Assembly: GCA_964022095.1 (NCBI GenBank)
Contig: CAXHZO010000002.1
Span: 256,001 to 320,000 of the forward strand
DNA: 64,000 bases
Source of the DNA: an uncultured Arcobacteraceae bacterium
GTDB lineage: Bacteria > Campylobacterota > Campylobacteria > Campylobacterales > Arcobacteraceae
Direction: 5' to 3'
Below, one piece after another: positions 9,768 through 20,294 of the stretch (positions are counted from its first letter, which is position 1; the number at the start of each line of letters is the position of its first letter). Made by a program: the position numbers and the translations under genes. The notes under the pieces were generated by a model. That model worked only from the letters and a program-made list of their open reading frames with translations. It made no database searches and was not told the origin of the DNA.

Positions 9768-10606
9768 TAGATTTCCTTTTCTTTAATAAATATATTTTGC
9801 CCTACTCTTTTAACATAGTGAATTAAATCTTGAGGATTTTCAGAGTGTCCTAAATATAGTGTTCCCCCAACTTTTAAATGTTTAAAAAGTTTTTTTAATA
9901 TAGTATTTTGATCTTCTGAAGAAAAATATATTAAAACATTTCTACAAAAGACTACATCAAATTGGTTATTCTTGAATGGATAAGTGTCATTACTCAAATT
10001 CATTATTTGAAAAGAAACTATTTTTTTTAATTGGTCATTTACTTTTATAAGTATATCTTCACCTGCAAGGTTTTTTTCTATTCTTCTTTTGAAGTATTTT
10101 TGAGGTTTAATCCAATCTGGAAACTCTTTTGATGATTTTGAGTATCTGTAAATACCATTTGCTGCAAATTGAAGAACATTTGTATCTATATCGGTTGCAA
10201 TGATTTTTGCATTAAAATTAGAAGATAATTTTTCTTTTACTTCTTGAACTGTCATAGCCATAGAGTATGGTTCTTCTCCTGTTGAAGAAGCTGAACAATA
10301 CATATTTATAGTTTGATTTGTTTTTGCAAATTCAGGTAGAACCCTATCTCTTAAATCAACAAAATGAAAATCTTCTCTGAAAAAGTGTGTTTTATTTGTA
10401 GTAAAAGAGTTAATAAACTCAGTAACATATTGACCATCTTCAATAAGCTTTAATAAGTCTTCTATTTCACCTGAGTATTTGCAGTTACGTTTTAGTTTTT
10501 CAATTCTATTTGAAATCATAATATCTTTATTCTCAGTTAGGGTTATCCCTGTGTGAGAATAAAGAAGATTTTTTATTTTATTATGAATTTCTGTTACATT
10601 TTTCAT
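9764..10606 (-). CDS. cheR: Chemotaxis methyltransferase
   Basis: TTNKTHFFRE, SASSTGEEPYS, ATDID, FCRNVLIYF, LYLGHSE. Confidence 0.95.
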   Translation of the reverse strand: MKNVTEIHNKIKNLLYSHTGITLTENKDIMISNRIEKLKRNCKYSGEIEDLLKLIEDGQYVTEFINSFTTNKTHFFREDFHFVDLRDRVLPEFAKTNQTINMYCSASSTGEEPYSMAMTVQEVKEKLSSNFNAKIIATDIDTNVLQFAANGIYRYSKSSKEFPDWIKPQKYFKRRIEKNLAGEDILIKVNDQLKKIVSFQIMNLSNDTYPFKNNQFDVVFCRNVLIYFSSEDQNTILKKLFKHLKVGGTLYLGHSENPQDLIHYVKRVGQNIFIKEKEIY

Positions 10607-10611
10607 ATGGT

Positions 10612-12699
10612 TTAAGATACTTTTCTGATGTCACTCATATCTTTTTCTATTTTAATTTGAGCATTAATAATTCCAACAACATCTAAAATTAAACCAATAC
10701 TTCCATCACCTCTAACTGTCGCAGCCCCTATTCCTTCAACACTTCTAAAGTTTTTATCTAAAGGTTTTACAACAACTTGGTGTTGATTTAAGAATTCGTC
10801 AATTGATAATGCAACTTTTGTATTTCCAGATTTAACAACAATTAACATACCTTCTTCAAGGTTTTCAAAGCTTTTTTCAAGCCCAAATAGTTTGTGTAGT
10901 CTAACTACTGGAATAAACTCTTCTCTTAACATTAATAAATCTTGTGTTCCATCACCAATTTTTTTAATCATTTCAGCTGTTGGTTGAAGTGACTCTACAA
11001 TAGAACTTAAAGGAAGAATATACTTGTAATTACCTACTCTAATATCTAAACCATCTAAAATAGCTAGAGTAAGAGGTAACATGATTGTAATTGTAGTTCC
11101 TTCTCCTAGTTTGGTATCAAGTTTAATTGCACCACCTAGTTTATAAATATTTGTTTTAACAACATCCATTCCTACACCACGTCCAGAAATATCAGTAATT
11201 TCATCAGCTGTTGAAACCCCAGCTCCAAATATTAATTCAGCTTTTTCATTATTACTCATTGAGTTATATTGATTCTCATCAATTTGACCTTGGTCTAAGG
11301 CTTTTAGAGCAACTCTTTCAGCATCAATACCTTTACCATCATCATCAATTGTAATTATCATTTGACCATTTGCTTGTTCAGCTGATATTGAAATTGAACC
11401 AACTTCTGGTTTTCCTGTTCCTTGTCTTTCTTCTGGTGTTTCTAAACCATGATCTAAAGAGTTTCTTATAATATGCATTAATGGATCTGTTAATCCTTCA
11501 ATCATAGCTTTATCAATTTCAACACCATCACCGTAGTGTTTGAATTCAACTTTTTTACCAAGTTTTTTAGAAATATCTCTAACAACTTTTGGGAATTTAG
11601 AGTAAATAGATTCCATAGGTACCATTCTAATACCCATAATTGAATCTTGCATATCTCTAATATGTCTTTCTAGTAATTCAAGTCTTTCTAAAACTGCATT
11701 TCTTGTTTTTGTTTCTTCTATAGTCGAGCTAAACTGAGTTAACATTGCATTTGTAATAACTAAATCACCTACATTGTTCATTAATAAGTCAATTTTATCA
11801 AGATTAACTCTAATATTATTACTAGCAGAAGCTTTTTTTACAATCTCATCTTTTTTATTATCTTTATCTTGTTTTTTTGCAACAGGAGAAGTTTTTTTAT
11901 CTTGAGGTTTAACAGCTGCTGGTTTAGTTACTTCTGGATTATTTGTTTTTGTAGTGTTTTCTTCTACTCCATTTGTATCCATAACGGCATCTGGAGTAAT
12001 TGATGGCATATCATCAAAGAAACCAAAATTTTCATCTTCTGTATGTTCAACTTTTTTTACATCTTCAGTATTGTCAGATATTGTTTCAAGTTCATCATCA
12101 TAAAAACCATAATTTTTTTGTGCTTCTAAGTCATCATCATCTGCAAAAATACCATATGCTCTTGTAGTAGATTCTCTTTGTTCTTCTAAATCATCATCAA
12201 AGAAACCAAAGTTATCATTGTCATCATCATCTTTTGATTCAACAGCCTCTTCTTTTACTGGTGTTTCAACAACAACTGGTTCTTCTTTTACAGGAGTCTC
12301 TCCATTAGAGAAAGCTCTAATGTCTTTTAAAAGGTCACTAGTCATTTCTGTAAATTTTTCTTTTGTAAGATCTTCAGAAACTTCTAAGTCTAAAATCTCT
12401 TTCATTGTGTCTAAACCATCAATTAATGTTTCAGCCATTTCTGGAATGAACTCAATTTGATGATTTCTTAATTTATCCATTAAGTTTTCAACATCATGAG
12501 TAAATTCAGCAAATAATGCTAGCTCTACAGATGCACCACTACCTTTTAGTGTGTGTACATCTCTAAATAATTGACCCATTTCTTCATCAGTTAATGTTCC
12601 ATTAGTTTCTGCTTCTAAAAGTACATTATCAGCAGATTCAAAAAGCTCTTCGGCTTCTTCTAAAAACATTTCTCTATATTTAGAAATATCAAATGACAT
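10612..12699 (-). CDS. cheA: Chemotaxis histidine kinase (HPt-linker-dimerisation-HATPase-CheW; no C-terminal REC)
   Basis: FRDVHTLKG HPt His, IRVNLDKID, HIIRNSLDHG, DDGKG, SGRGVGMDVV, LPLTLAI, C-terminal CheW-like domain. Confidence 0.96.
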   Translation of the reverse strand: MSFDISKYREMFLEEAEELFESADNVLLEAETNGTLTDEEMGQLFRDVHTLKGSGASVELALFAEFTHDVENLMDKLRNHQIEFIPEMAETLIDGLDTMKEILDLEVSEDLTKEKFTEMTSDLLKDIRAFSNGETPVKEEPVVVETPVKEEAVESKDDDDNDNFGFFDDDLEEQRESTTRAYGIFADDDDLEAQKNYGFYDDELETISDNTEDVKKVEHTEDENFGFFDDMPSITPDAVMDTNGVEENTTKTNNPEVTKPAAVKPQDKKTSPVAKKQDKDNKKDEIVKKASASNNIRVNLDKIDLLMNNVGDLVITNAMLTQFSSTIEETKTRNAVLERLELLERHIRDMQDSIMGIRMVPMESIYSKFPKVVRDISKKLGKKVEFKHYGDGVEIDKAMIEGLTDPLMHIIRNSLDHGLETPEERQGTGKPEVGSISISAEQANGQMIITIDDDGKGIDAERVALKALDQGQIDENQYNSMSNNEKAELIFGAGVSTADEITDISGRGVGMDVVKTNIYKLGGAIKLDTKLGEGTTITIMLPLTLAILDGLDIRVGNYKYILPLSSIVESLQPTAEMIKKIGDGTQDLLMLREEFIPVVRLHKLFGLEKSFENLEEGMLIVVKSGNTKVALSIDEFLNQHQVVVKPLDKNFRSVEGIGAATVRGDGSIGLILDVVGIINAQIKIEKDMSDIRKVS

Positions 12700-12728
12700 G
12701 ACTACTCCTTTATTTATCTACCTATAAA

Positions 12729-13097
12729 CTATCTACTTAAAACAATATTTACAGCTTTTAAAAGCTGATCTGGAACGAATGGTTTTACAATCCATCCCGT
12801 AGCACCTGCTGCTTTACCTTTTGCTTTCATTTCATCACTTCTTTCAGTTGTTAATACTAAAATTGGTTTTTTCGAATATTGAGGTACTTTTCTAAGTTCT
12901 CCAATAAGTGCTAAACCATCCATATTTGGCATATTTACATCTGTAATAATCAAATCAAAATCATTAGCTTTTGCTTTTGCTAAACCATCAACACCATCAA
13001 TTGCTTCAGTTACATCAGAGTAACCTCCTTCATTTAGTGCGTAGTTAAGCATATCTCTTAGCATTGTAGAATCATCTACGATTAAAAGCTTAGCCAT
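12729..13097 (-). CDS. cheY: Single-domain response regulator CheY
   Basis: IVDDS, TDVNMPNMDG, LTTE, GATGWIVKPF; first gene of the che operon. Confidence 0.9.
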   Translation of the reverse strand: MAKLLIVDDSTMLRDMLNYALNEGGYSDVTEAIDGVDGLAKAKANDFDLIITDVNMPNMDGLALIGELRKVPQYSKKPILVLTTERSDEMKAKGKAAGATGWIVKPFVPDQLLKAVNIVLSR

Positions 13098-13369
13098 TTT
13101 AGAACCCCTTAAGTTTTGTTAAAAAAATTATTTTAACCATACTAACGTAAGATATATTAATTTAATATTAGAAAATATGGTAAATCATCAATAAAATCAA
13201 TAAAATTATTAATTTTAAATATAGTTTTGTTATTAAGCTACTTCTGTGCTACTAACGAACAATATATGATACCATAAAGTTATTATAAAGTTTGTTTAAA
13301 AGTGTTATTTTATTTTGAAAAGATTGTTTTATGGGAAAAAGAAGAGAGTTTCTTAAGTTATTAATATAT

Positions 13370-13395
13370 TTATAATTCCCCTAAAGGAATTATAA
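13370..13395 (-). terminator. Hairpin downstream of pnp, probable intrinsic terminator
   Basis: TTATAATTCC-N6-GGAATTATAA, a 10-bp stem directly after the pnp stop; U-tail is weak. Confidence 0.55.
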
Positions 13396-13396
13396 G

Positions 13397-15571
13397 TTAC
13401 TTAGCGCCACCAAGTTCGATTCTATCTTTTTTAACTTTTAATACAGTTACATCAATTTCTTGTCCAACTGATAATACATCAGCTACATTATTTACTCTTT
13501 GTTTTGAGATTTTTGAAATATGAAGTAATCCTTCTCCACCTTTTGGTAAAGATATAAATGCTCCAAAGTCAACTATCCTTTCAACTTTACCTTTTAATAC
13601 TTCTTCAAGTTGATATAGTTTTTCAAAGTTAACTTCTTTTGATTCTTTCCTAGATGTTGCATTATTTGAAATAGTTTTAATATGCTCACAAGCATCTAAA
13701 ACATTTTGTTTATTTCCACCTGATACTTTTACATTCCCACTATCTCTATCTAAATCAATAGATACAGAGAATTTTTCAATAATTTCTTTTATAGTAGAAC
13801 CTGCTTTTCCAATAACAACCATTACTTTGCTTGGATCAATTGCAAATTGTTCTATTAAAGGTAATGCTTCACTAGGAACTATTTCATTTGCAGCAGTTTC
13901 CATTAAACCTAAAATATGCTCTCTACCCTCTTTTGCTTGTAGTAATGCTTCTTGTAAAACTGATAATTCAATTCCACCAAGTTTAATATCCATTTGAAGT
14001 GCAGTAATACCTTTTGTAGTTCCTGCTACTTTAAAGTCCATATCTCCATCATGATCTTCTAATCCCATGATATCAGTTAATACAGAATAGTTATCACCTT
14101 CTACAACCATACCCATTGCAACACCAGCAACTAAATCAGAAACAGGCACTCCTGCTGCTTTTAATGCCAATGAACCACCACAAACAGTTGCCATTGAAGA
14201 AGAACCATTTGACTCTAATATTTCAGATACTAATCTTACAGTTTCACTATAATCATCATCAATAGTTGGTTCAAGTGCTTTTTTAGCTAAGTTACCATGT
14301 CCTAGTTCTCTTCTTCCTACACCAAACATAGGTTTTGCTTCACCAACTGAGAAACCTGGGAAGTTATAATGTACCATAAATCTATCCACTGAAGTTGATT
14401 TTTCAGTTAATGTTTCATACATTTGACCATCTTTAGGTCCTGCAAGAGTTCCAACAACTAATGCTTGAGTTTCACCTCTTGTAAATAAACAAGATGAATG
14501 AGCAGAAGGTAAAATATTTGTTTCAATATCAATAGGTCTTACATCTTTAAGTCCTCTTCCATCAGCTCTTACTTTATCATCAACAATCATATTTCTAACA
14601 ATTTCTCTTTTTACAATAGAAACAGCTTCATAGATAGTTGAAAATTCAATTTCATTTTCTATACAATATTCATTTGCAGCGATTGCTTTAGCTACATCTT
14701 TAAGTTCAGTTGCTCTTTCACTTTTTGCAAGTTTTTTTATTGCATTTTTAATATCATCACTAAAGTTGTCTCTAACATAGTTAATTACAGATTCATCAAT
14801 AGTAAATTCAACTAATTCAACATTTGATTGTTCTTTTGAAGCTTCTTCGAAACCTTTTTCATAAGTTTCATTTGCTTCTTTTAATGCTTCTTGCGCTACC
14901 CCAATAGCTTCAACTAAAATATCTTCAGTCATTTCATTTGCATTATGGATTTTTGTAAATGCTTCAATATCTACTTCAACTAATTCTTCACTTGAAATAG
15001 TCTTCATCTCAATCATAAGTAATTCATCTTTAGAACCTGCTACATATAAATCTAAAGTAGAATTTTCTAATTGTTCTTGTGTTGGATTAATAACGTAATC
15101 TCCTTCAATCTTTCCAACTCTAACACCACATACAGATTTTTTGATTGGTAAATTTGAAGTATATAATGCAGCATTTGCAGCATTTAAAGCTAAAGTTTGT
15201 AAGTCAACATTTTTATCAGCACTTAATACCATAACAGTTATTGTTGTTGGATATACATATCCTTTAGGAAATAATGGTCTTAAACTTCTATCGATTACTC
15301 TTGAAGTTAGAGTTTCAAATTCACTTGGTTTCCCTTCTCTTTTTATAAATCCACCAGGTAATTTTGCTGCTGCATAAGTTTTCTCAATATATTGAACTGT
15401 TAATGGAGTGAAGTCCTCATCTACTGGGTTATCAAACTCACTTACTACTGTAGCTAAAACTACTGCATTCCCTAATTTCGCTAATACTGATCCATTAGCT
15501 TGTTTGGCTACTTTCCCAAACTCATATATTTCTTGTTTATCATTTAATTCGAATTCACAAACTGTTGACAT
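13397..15571 (-). CDS. pnp: Polyribonucleotide nucleotidyltransferase
   Basis: Two RNase PH domains (PGGFIKRE, RRELGHG, ESNGSSSMA, EDHDGDMDFKVAG), KH (VIGKAG) and S1 domains. Confidence 0.97.
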   Translation of the reverse strand: MSTVCEFELNDKQEIYEFGKVAKQANGSVLAKLGNAVVLATVVSEFDNPVDEDFTPLTVQYIEKTYAAAKLPGGFIKREGKPSEFETLTSRVIDRSLRPLFPKGYVYPTTITVMVLSADKNVDLQTLALNAANAALYTSNLPIKKSVCGVRVGKIEGDYVINPTQEQLENSTLDLYVAGSKDELLMIEMKTISSEELVEVDIEAFTKIHNANEMTEDILVEAIGVAQEALKEANETYEKGFEEASKEQSNVELVEFTIDESVINYVRDNFSDDIKNAIKKLAKSERATELKDVAKAIAANEYCIENEIEFSTIYEAVSIVKREIVRNMIVDDKVRADGRGLKDVRPIDIETNILPSAHSSCLFTRGETQALVVGTLAGPKDGQMYETLTEKSTSVDRFMVHYNFPGFSVGEAKPMFGVGRRELGHGNLAKKALEPTIDDDYSETVRLVSEILESNGSSSMATVCGGSLALKAAGVPVSDLVAGVAMGMVVEGDNYSVLTDIMGLEDHDGDMDFKVAGTTKGITALQMDIKLGGIELSVLQEALLQAKEGREHILGLMETAANEIVPSEALPLIEQFAIDPSKVMVVIGKAGSTIKEIIEKFSVSIDLDRDSGNVKVSGGNKQNVLDACEHIKTISNNATSRKESKEVNFEKLYQLEEVLKGKVERIVDFGAFISLPKGGEGLLHISKISKQRVNNVADVLSVGQEIDVTVLKVKKDRIELGGAK

Positions 15572-16224
15572 TATTTTCCTTTTTTTAATTTTTCTAAATC
15601 TTCAAAACTTACTTCATCAAGTGAGTCATAATAAAAATCTATTGATATAAAATGATCTAAATTTTTAATAAAATATAAATCATCCGCAATTGATTCAATA
15701 GTAGGTATACTTGCTGTTGGAAGTATAGGTGTTGCTACTGAAATAGATTTTGCTTTTAAATTAATAGCAGTTTTAATACAAGCCATCATTGTAAGACCTG
15801 TATTTATACCTTCATCTACGATTAAAACATTTTTGTTTTCAAACTTTTCAATTTTATTACCATGTCTAAACCTATTTACTTCACTTACTAAGTTTTCTTC
15901 AAATACTTTTTTAGACTTTTCATATATTTTATCTAAACTTATATCAAATGACCTTATTAACTCTTCATGAATTAATACTTCCTCATGCTCTGTAACAACT
16001 GCAATCTCACATTCATCATTGTTTGGAGCACTTATTTTTGCTGAAAACATAATATCATATTTTGAATTTAGTTCATTTGCAATAATTTTTGCAATTTCAT
16101 ATCCTCCGTAAGAACTAGAAATTACAGTCCAGTCTTCAAGTTTCATACTATCAATGGGTAAGATATCTAATAACCTAAAAGCTGCAACTTCTCTATTTTT
16201 AAAATAAATTTTATCAGGATTCAT
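15571..16224 (-). CDS. Phosphoribosyltransferase-family protein
   Basis: VLIVDEGINTGLTM PRPP-binding-like loop, KISAP..E; stop overlaps the pnp start (TAATG). Confidence 0.8.
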   Translation of the reverse strand: MNPDKIYFKNREVAAFRLLDILPIDSMKLEDWTVISSSYGGYEIAKIIANELNSKYDIMFSAKISAPNNDECEIAVVTEHEEVLIHEELIRSFDISLDKIYEKSKKVFEENLVSEVNRFRHGNKIEKFENKNVLIVDEGINTGLTMMACIKTAINLKAKSISVATPILPTASIPTIESIADDLYFIKNLDHFISIDFYYDSLDEVSFEDLEKLKKGK

Positions 16225-16226
16225 TA

Positions 16227-18329
16227 TTAGTCCTCATCTATCTTATATTTTTGTTTTAATCCACCAAGTGATTTTAGCTCTAAGTTCATATATATGATTT
16301 TTTGATCAATACCTTCTGAAGTACTTGATGTTGAAGGAACTATTTCTCTTTCATATTTTAAATCTAAATTCCAACAATAATCATTGATATTTAAGTTGAT
16401 ACCTTGTTTATTTCTAACTTTTTCAAGTAAGTTATAATACTCATAATACCCTACTTTATAATCTTTTGATAGTTGATAGTTTACATCAAAATTATATGAT
16501 TCTAAGTCTTCTTTATCATTATAAGGATTATCTGTCTCTTTAGATTTATAGTAACCCATACTTAATGATAGATCTTTATATGTTAAATTTACTTGTGAAT
16601 CATTTTCAATAAACTGTTTATCTTGAATATTATAAACCATTCTATTTGTAATATTTCCATAATCATGGTTCACTTTTACATAATTCTCTAAATTTTGAAG
16701 TTTTGGATCGTTATTATCATAAAGTATTGATTGAGATACCCTATGATTTATTAATTGCTTTAAACTATTTTTATTATATAAAGATTGGTTTATTGATAAA
16801 TTTATGTTTTTATTTCCCTGTGTTATTGGAAAACTCTCTAACTCACTATTATTACTTGTTATTTCATATAGATCTCCACTTGATTTTATATTTTTGGGAT
16901 CTGAGTATTTAGCATTTAAATTAATTGTATGTAAATAGTTTTCATATGGCTTAATTAAGTCACTTCCAATTGCAATAGAAGTCTCATTTTGTAATAATGT
17001 ACCATTATCAAAGCTATTTGTGCTATCTTCATTTGTATAGTTGTATCTACTTAATACAGTTTTATTTTGTGCAGTGATATATAAAAAATCATCAAGTAAA
17101 TAGTGTGTATAAGAAACAGGTAAGGTAAATTCATAAATATTTGCACTTAAGCCTTTTTTTCTTGTATAGTTATAAAGCTTACTATCTAATGAGTATTGTA
17201 AATTATTAATAAATACTGAATCATTATATTTATGAAATTGCAGCTGTGGTAATTCTTGAAGTGTTTCATCATTATTATCTGCTGATGTATCTATATAGTA
17301 TCTAGCATATGCTCCACCGTAGTATTTAGAAGTATTATAAAAGTAGTTTATTTTTGATTCAACTTTTTTATCAGTTGATATATTATCCTCTTCTTTTTCT
17401 AATGTTCTATACTCAATATCATTCATATAATTTATTGATGCATAAAAACCATCTTGAGTTTTATCATTTGAAAATAGTTTTGTTCTTTCGTACTCTACAT
17501 TCCAACCATAGTGTTTTTTATTTTCTAAATCATGTTGTTCTTGATAGTCTTTATCTTCAATAAAACCACCTGTTTTCATTTTTAAAATTGAATAAGGTGA
17601 ATCAACATACCTAAAATGTGTATAAGCACCATAACCTCTTCTTGTTCTTATTTGTGGAATAAATTCAATATCATAGTTCGCTGCTGGTGCAAAGTAAATT
17701 GGTTGAGAGTAGTATATACCATCATCATTTGAGTATCCAATAGTTGGTATTAAAAGTCCTGTTCTTCTTGTTTTATCTGTTGGAAAACCAAAATATGGAC
17801 TATATAAAATAGGAACATTACCTATATATAATCTTGGATTATATGTATGTATCCATTTGTTTTCAGTATCATACGTAGCAGAAGAGACTTTAATACTCCA
17901 AGTTGGATCTATACAATCACAAGAAGAGATTATTGATTCATCTAAACTAATAGTGGTATCTTGTTTTTGTGATGTTTTTGAGTTTAACCATAAATTATTA
18001 TCTGATTGATGAAGTAGTATTGGACTTTGTTTATAAGACTCATCTTTTAAGTTTAAATAAGCATAATTACTTTGTGTTTGGATGTTGTTATCTTTGATAA
18101 TTACAACATTATCAAAAAGCTCAAAACTTTCAGTTTCTTTATCATAAATGATTTTATTAGCACTTAAGTAATAAGTTTGAGAAAAAACTACAACATTTCC
18201 ACTTGCTGTTAATGTATTATCTTTAGTATCTATATTTTCAGCAAGAAGTTCGAATTTTTCATTCTTTAACTCTTGTGAAAAACATAATGATAAACTTACC
18301 ACTAATGATAATAGTATTTTTTTATGCAT
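16227..18329 (-). CDS. lptD: LPS assembly outer-membrane protein LptD (OstA/Imp)
   Basis: Signal peptide, SSCD...P.W motif, PYFGFP...RRTGLLIP, aromatic-rich beta-barrel with C-terminal CW. Confidence 0.88.
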   Translation of the reverse strand: MHKKILLSLVVSLSLCFSQELKNEKFELLAENIDTKDNTLTASGNVVVFSQTYYLSANKIIYDKETESFELFDNVVIIKDNNIQTQSNYAYLNLKDESYKQSPILLHQSDNNLWLNSKTSQKQDTTISLDESIISSCDCIDPTWSIKVSSATYDTENKWIHTYNPRLYIGNVPILYSPYFGFPTDKTRRTGLLIPTIGYSNDDGIYYSQPIYFAPAANYDIEFIPQIRTRRGYGAYTHFRYVDSPYSILKMKTGGFIEDKDYQEQHDLENKKHYGWNVEYERTKLFSNDKTQDGFYASINYMNDIEYRTLEKEEDNISTDKKVESKINYFYNTSKYYGGAYARYYIDTSADNNDETLQELPQLQFHKYNDSVFINNLQYSLDSKLYNYTRKKGLSANIYEFTLPVSYTHYLLDDFLYITAQNKTVLSRYNYTNEDSTNSFDNGTLLQNETSIAIGSDLIKPYENYLHTINLNAKYSDPKNIKSSGDLYEITSNNSELESFPITQGNKNINLSINQSLYNKNSLKQLINHRVSQSILYDNNDPKLQNLENYVKVNHDYGNITNRMVYNIQDKQFIENDSQVNLTYKDLSLSMGYYKSKETDNPYNDKEDLESYNFDVNYQLSKDYKVGYYEYYNLLEKVRNKQGINLNINDYCWNLDLKYEREIVPSTSSTSEGIDQKIIYMNLELKSLGGLKQKYKIDED

Positions 18330-18759
18330 TTACAACCAATGTTTTACCAGTTATATCATGGAAAGTTTTTCTACCTTCATTAAAAAAGCCAATTAAAAAA
18401 CCAACATAAAAAAACATTTCTGAGAAAATTCTACCAACAGATCTTAAAAGTGCTGAAAAAAATGATACTCTTCCCCAATGTGACGCATCGATAACTCTGA
18501 TTTTAGCTACTAGTTTTCCTACAGTTGCGCCATAATACCAAACAAAGAAAGCTTGGTATATAACTTTTAAGAAAATTAAGGGCATTACTAAATCAACTTT
18601 AACTAGTTGCATCATAGCATCCATATTATGACTAGCAGCCATTAAATTGTCCCAAAATATTATCAAAATAATAAATGTAACAATTAAATCATCGATTATA
18701 AAAGCCATAGCTCTTGATCTAAGTGTTGCTAATTGTAAATCACTACTATTTTCTTGCAT
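18322..18759 (-). CDS. RDD family membrane protein
   Basis: R..A..IDD, GATVGK...IRV, R, FHD motifs. Confidence 0.88.
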   Translation of the reverse strand: MQENSSDLQLATLRSRAMAFIIDDLIVTFIILIIFWDNLMAASHNMDAMMQLVKVDLVMPLIFLKVIYQAFFVWYYGATVGKLVAKIRVIDASHWGRVSFFSALLRSVGRIFSEMFFYVGFLIGFFNEGRKTFHDITGKTLVVNA

Positions 18760-18776
18760 TTATTTATACTACTTAA

Positions 18777-20042
18777 TTATTTTAGAGCTTGATATGCAAT
18801 ATCAGATCTACATTTTTTACCAGCAAAATGTACTTGACCACAAAGTTCATATGCTCTATCTCTAGCTTCTTGAATTGATTTACCAAAACCAACACAAACT
18901 AAAACTCTTCCACCAGTTGCCATAAGTTTATCATCATCAAGTTCAACACCTGCATATGAGATATGAGAATTTGCAGCTAATTCTTCATTTACTATTTCAT
19001 CAACAATGATTTCTGCTGGTTTTGATGAACTGAAAGGATAGTTTTCACTTGCCATTACAACACCAACACCAAATTCATTTTTGATTTTTATATCTAATTT
19101 ATCAAGTTGTTTTGTAGCACCTTTATAGAATAAATCAGATACGGGAGTTTCAAGTAGTGGCATTAAAATTTCACATTCAGGATCACCAAATCTTACATTA
19201 TATTCTAATATAATTGGTTCTCCTTTTACAACCATAACACCAATAAATAGTACACCTTCAAAAGGAGCACCCTCTTTTTTCATACCTTCTAATGTTGGTT
19301 TAATAACTCTATCTTCTACTTTTTGATAAATTTCATCATTTACTAGTGGAGTTGGAGCATAAGCACCCATACCTCCAGTATTTGGTCCCGTATCACCATC
19401 CCCTATTCTTTTATGATCTTGTGCTGCTGGTAATACTTTATAGTTTTCACCATCACAAATTGCAAAGATTGATAACTCATATCCATCTAAAAATTCTTCA
19501 ACTACTATTGAAGTTCCTGCATCACCAAATGAATCACCACTTAACATATCAGATGCAGCTTTTTTAGCTTCATCTTTACTTTGAGCAATAATTACACCTT
19601 TTCCTGCACATAAACCATCTGCTTTTACAACAATTGGTTCATTCATTGTATCAATGAAATCGTGTGCTTCTTTTTCATTTGTTGTTTCTATAAACGCTGC
19701 TGTTGGTATGTTATACTTTTTAAGTATGTTTTTCATATATACTTTAGAACCTTCTAGCTGAGCTGCAGCTGCACTTGGTCCAAAGATTGTTAAATCATTT
19801 TCTTTAAATATATCAACAACACCATCTACTAATGGAGCTTCTGGCCCTACAATTGTTAAATCAATAGAATTATCTTTTGCCCAAACTGCTAATTCATTAT
19901 AATCTTTTATATTTATATTAGTACCTAATTTATTTGTAGCACCATTTCCTGGCATGAAAAATAAGTTATGAGCATTTTCTTTATATATTGCTAATCCAAT
20001 AGAGTATTCTCTACCCCCACTTCCTAGTATCAATATGTTCAC
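18777..20042 (-). CDS. purD: Phosphoribosylamine-glycine ligase
   Basis: [56 protein letters not shown] start. Confidence 0.97.
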   Translation of the reverse strand: MNILILGSGGREYSIGLAIYKENAHNLFFMPGNGATNKLGTNINIKDYNELAVWAKDNSIDLTIVGPEAPLVDGVVDIFKENDLTIFGPSAAAAQLEGSKVYMKNILKKYNIPTAAFIETTNEKEAHDFIDTMNEPIVVKADGLCAGKGVIIAQSKDEAKKAASDMLSGDSFGDAGTSIVVEEFLDGYELSIFAICDGENYKVLPAAQDHKRIGDGDTGPNTGGMGAYAPTPLVNDEIYQKVEDRVIKPTLEGMKKEGAPFEGVLFIGVMVVKGEPIILEYNVRFGDPECEILMPLLETPVSDLFYKGATKQLDKLDIKIKNEFGVGVVMASENYPFSSSKPAEIIVDEIVNEELAANSHISYAGVELDDDKLMATGGRVLVCVGFGKSIQEARDRAYELCGQVHFAGKKCRSDIAYQALK

Positions 20043-20082
20043 GATAATTCCTTGTTTATTTATTAGTATAATTAAAAGTAAA

Positions 20083-20253
20083 AATCCAAGTAGCCGTTAA
20101 CCATCAAACGGCCCACAAAAGGCAATAATAGCAAGTAAGAGATACACTTTAGGAGCAAGAACGCAATGAATCGCTGCACACCATGTATTTACAATTACTC
20201 ACAAAAATACAGTATCGGACCCACAACAATGGAAATCCCGTACTACTTAGATT
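20083..20253 (-). ncRNA. ssrS: 6S RNA (the Campylobacterota 'purD motif' RNA)
   Basis: ~170-nt GC-richer island upstream of purD. Ends pair as an 11-bp closing helix (AAUCUAAGUAG/CUACUUGGAUU, with the U-G wobble valid only on minus). TAAAAT -10 box at 20260-20265, 6 nt upstream. 6S RNA is known to lie upstream of purD in this phylum. Confidence 0.82.
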
Positions 20254-20294
20254 AGTTTTATTTTATCTAATAATGTTTGAATTTGAGTTTAAAA

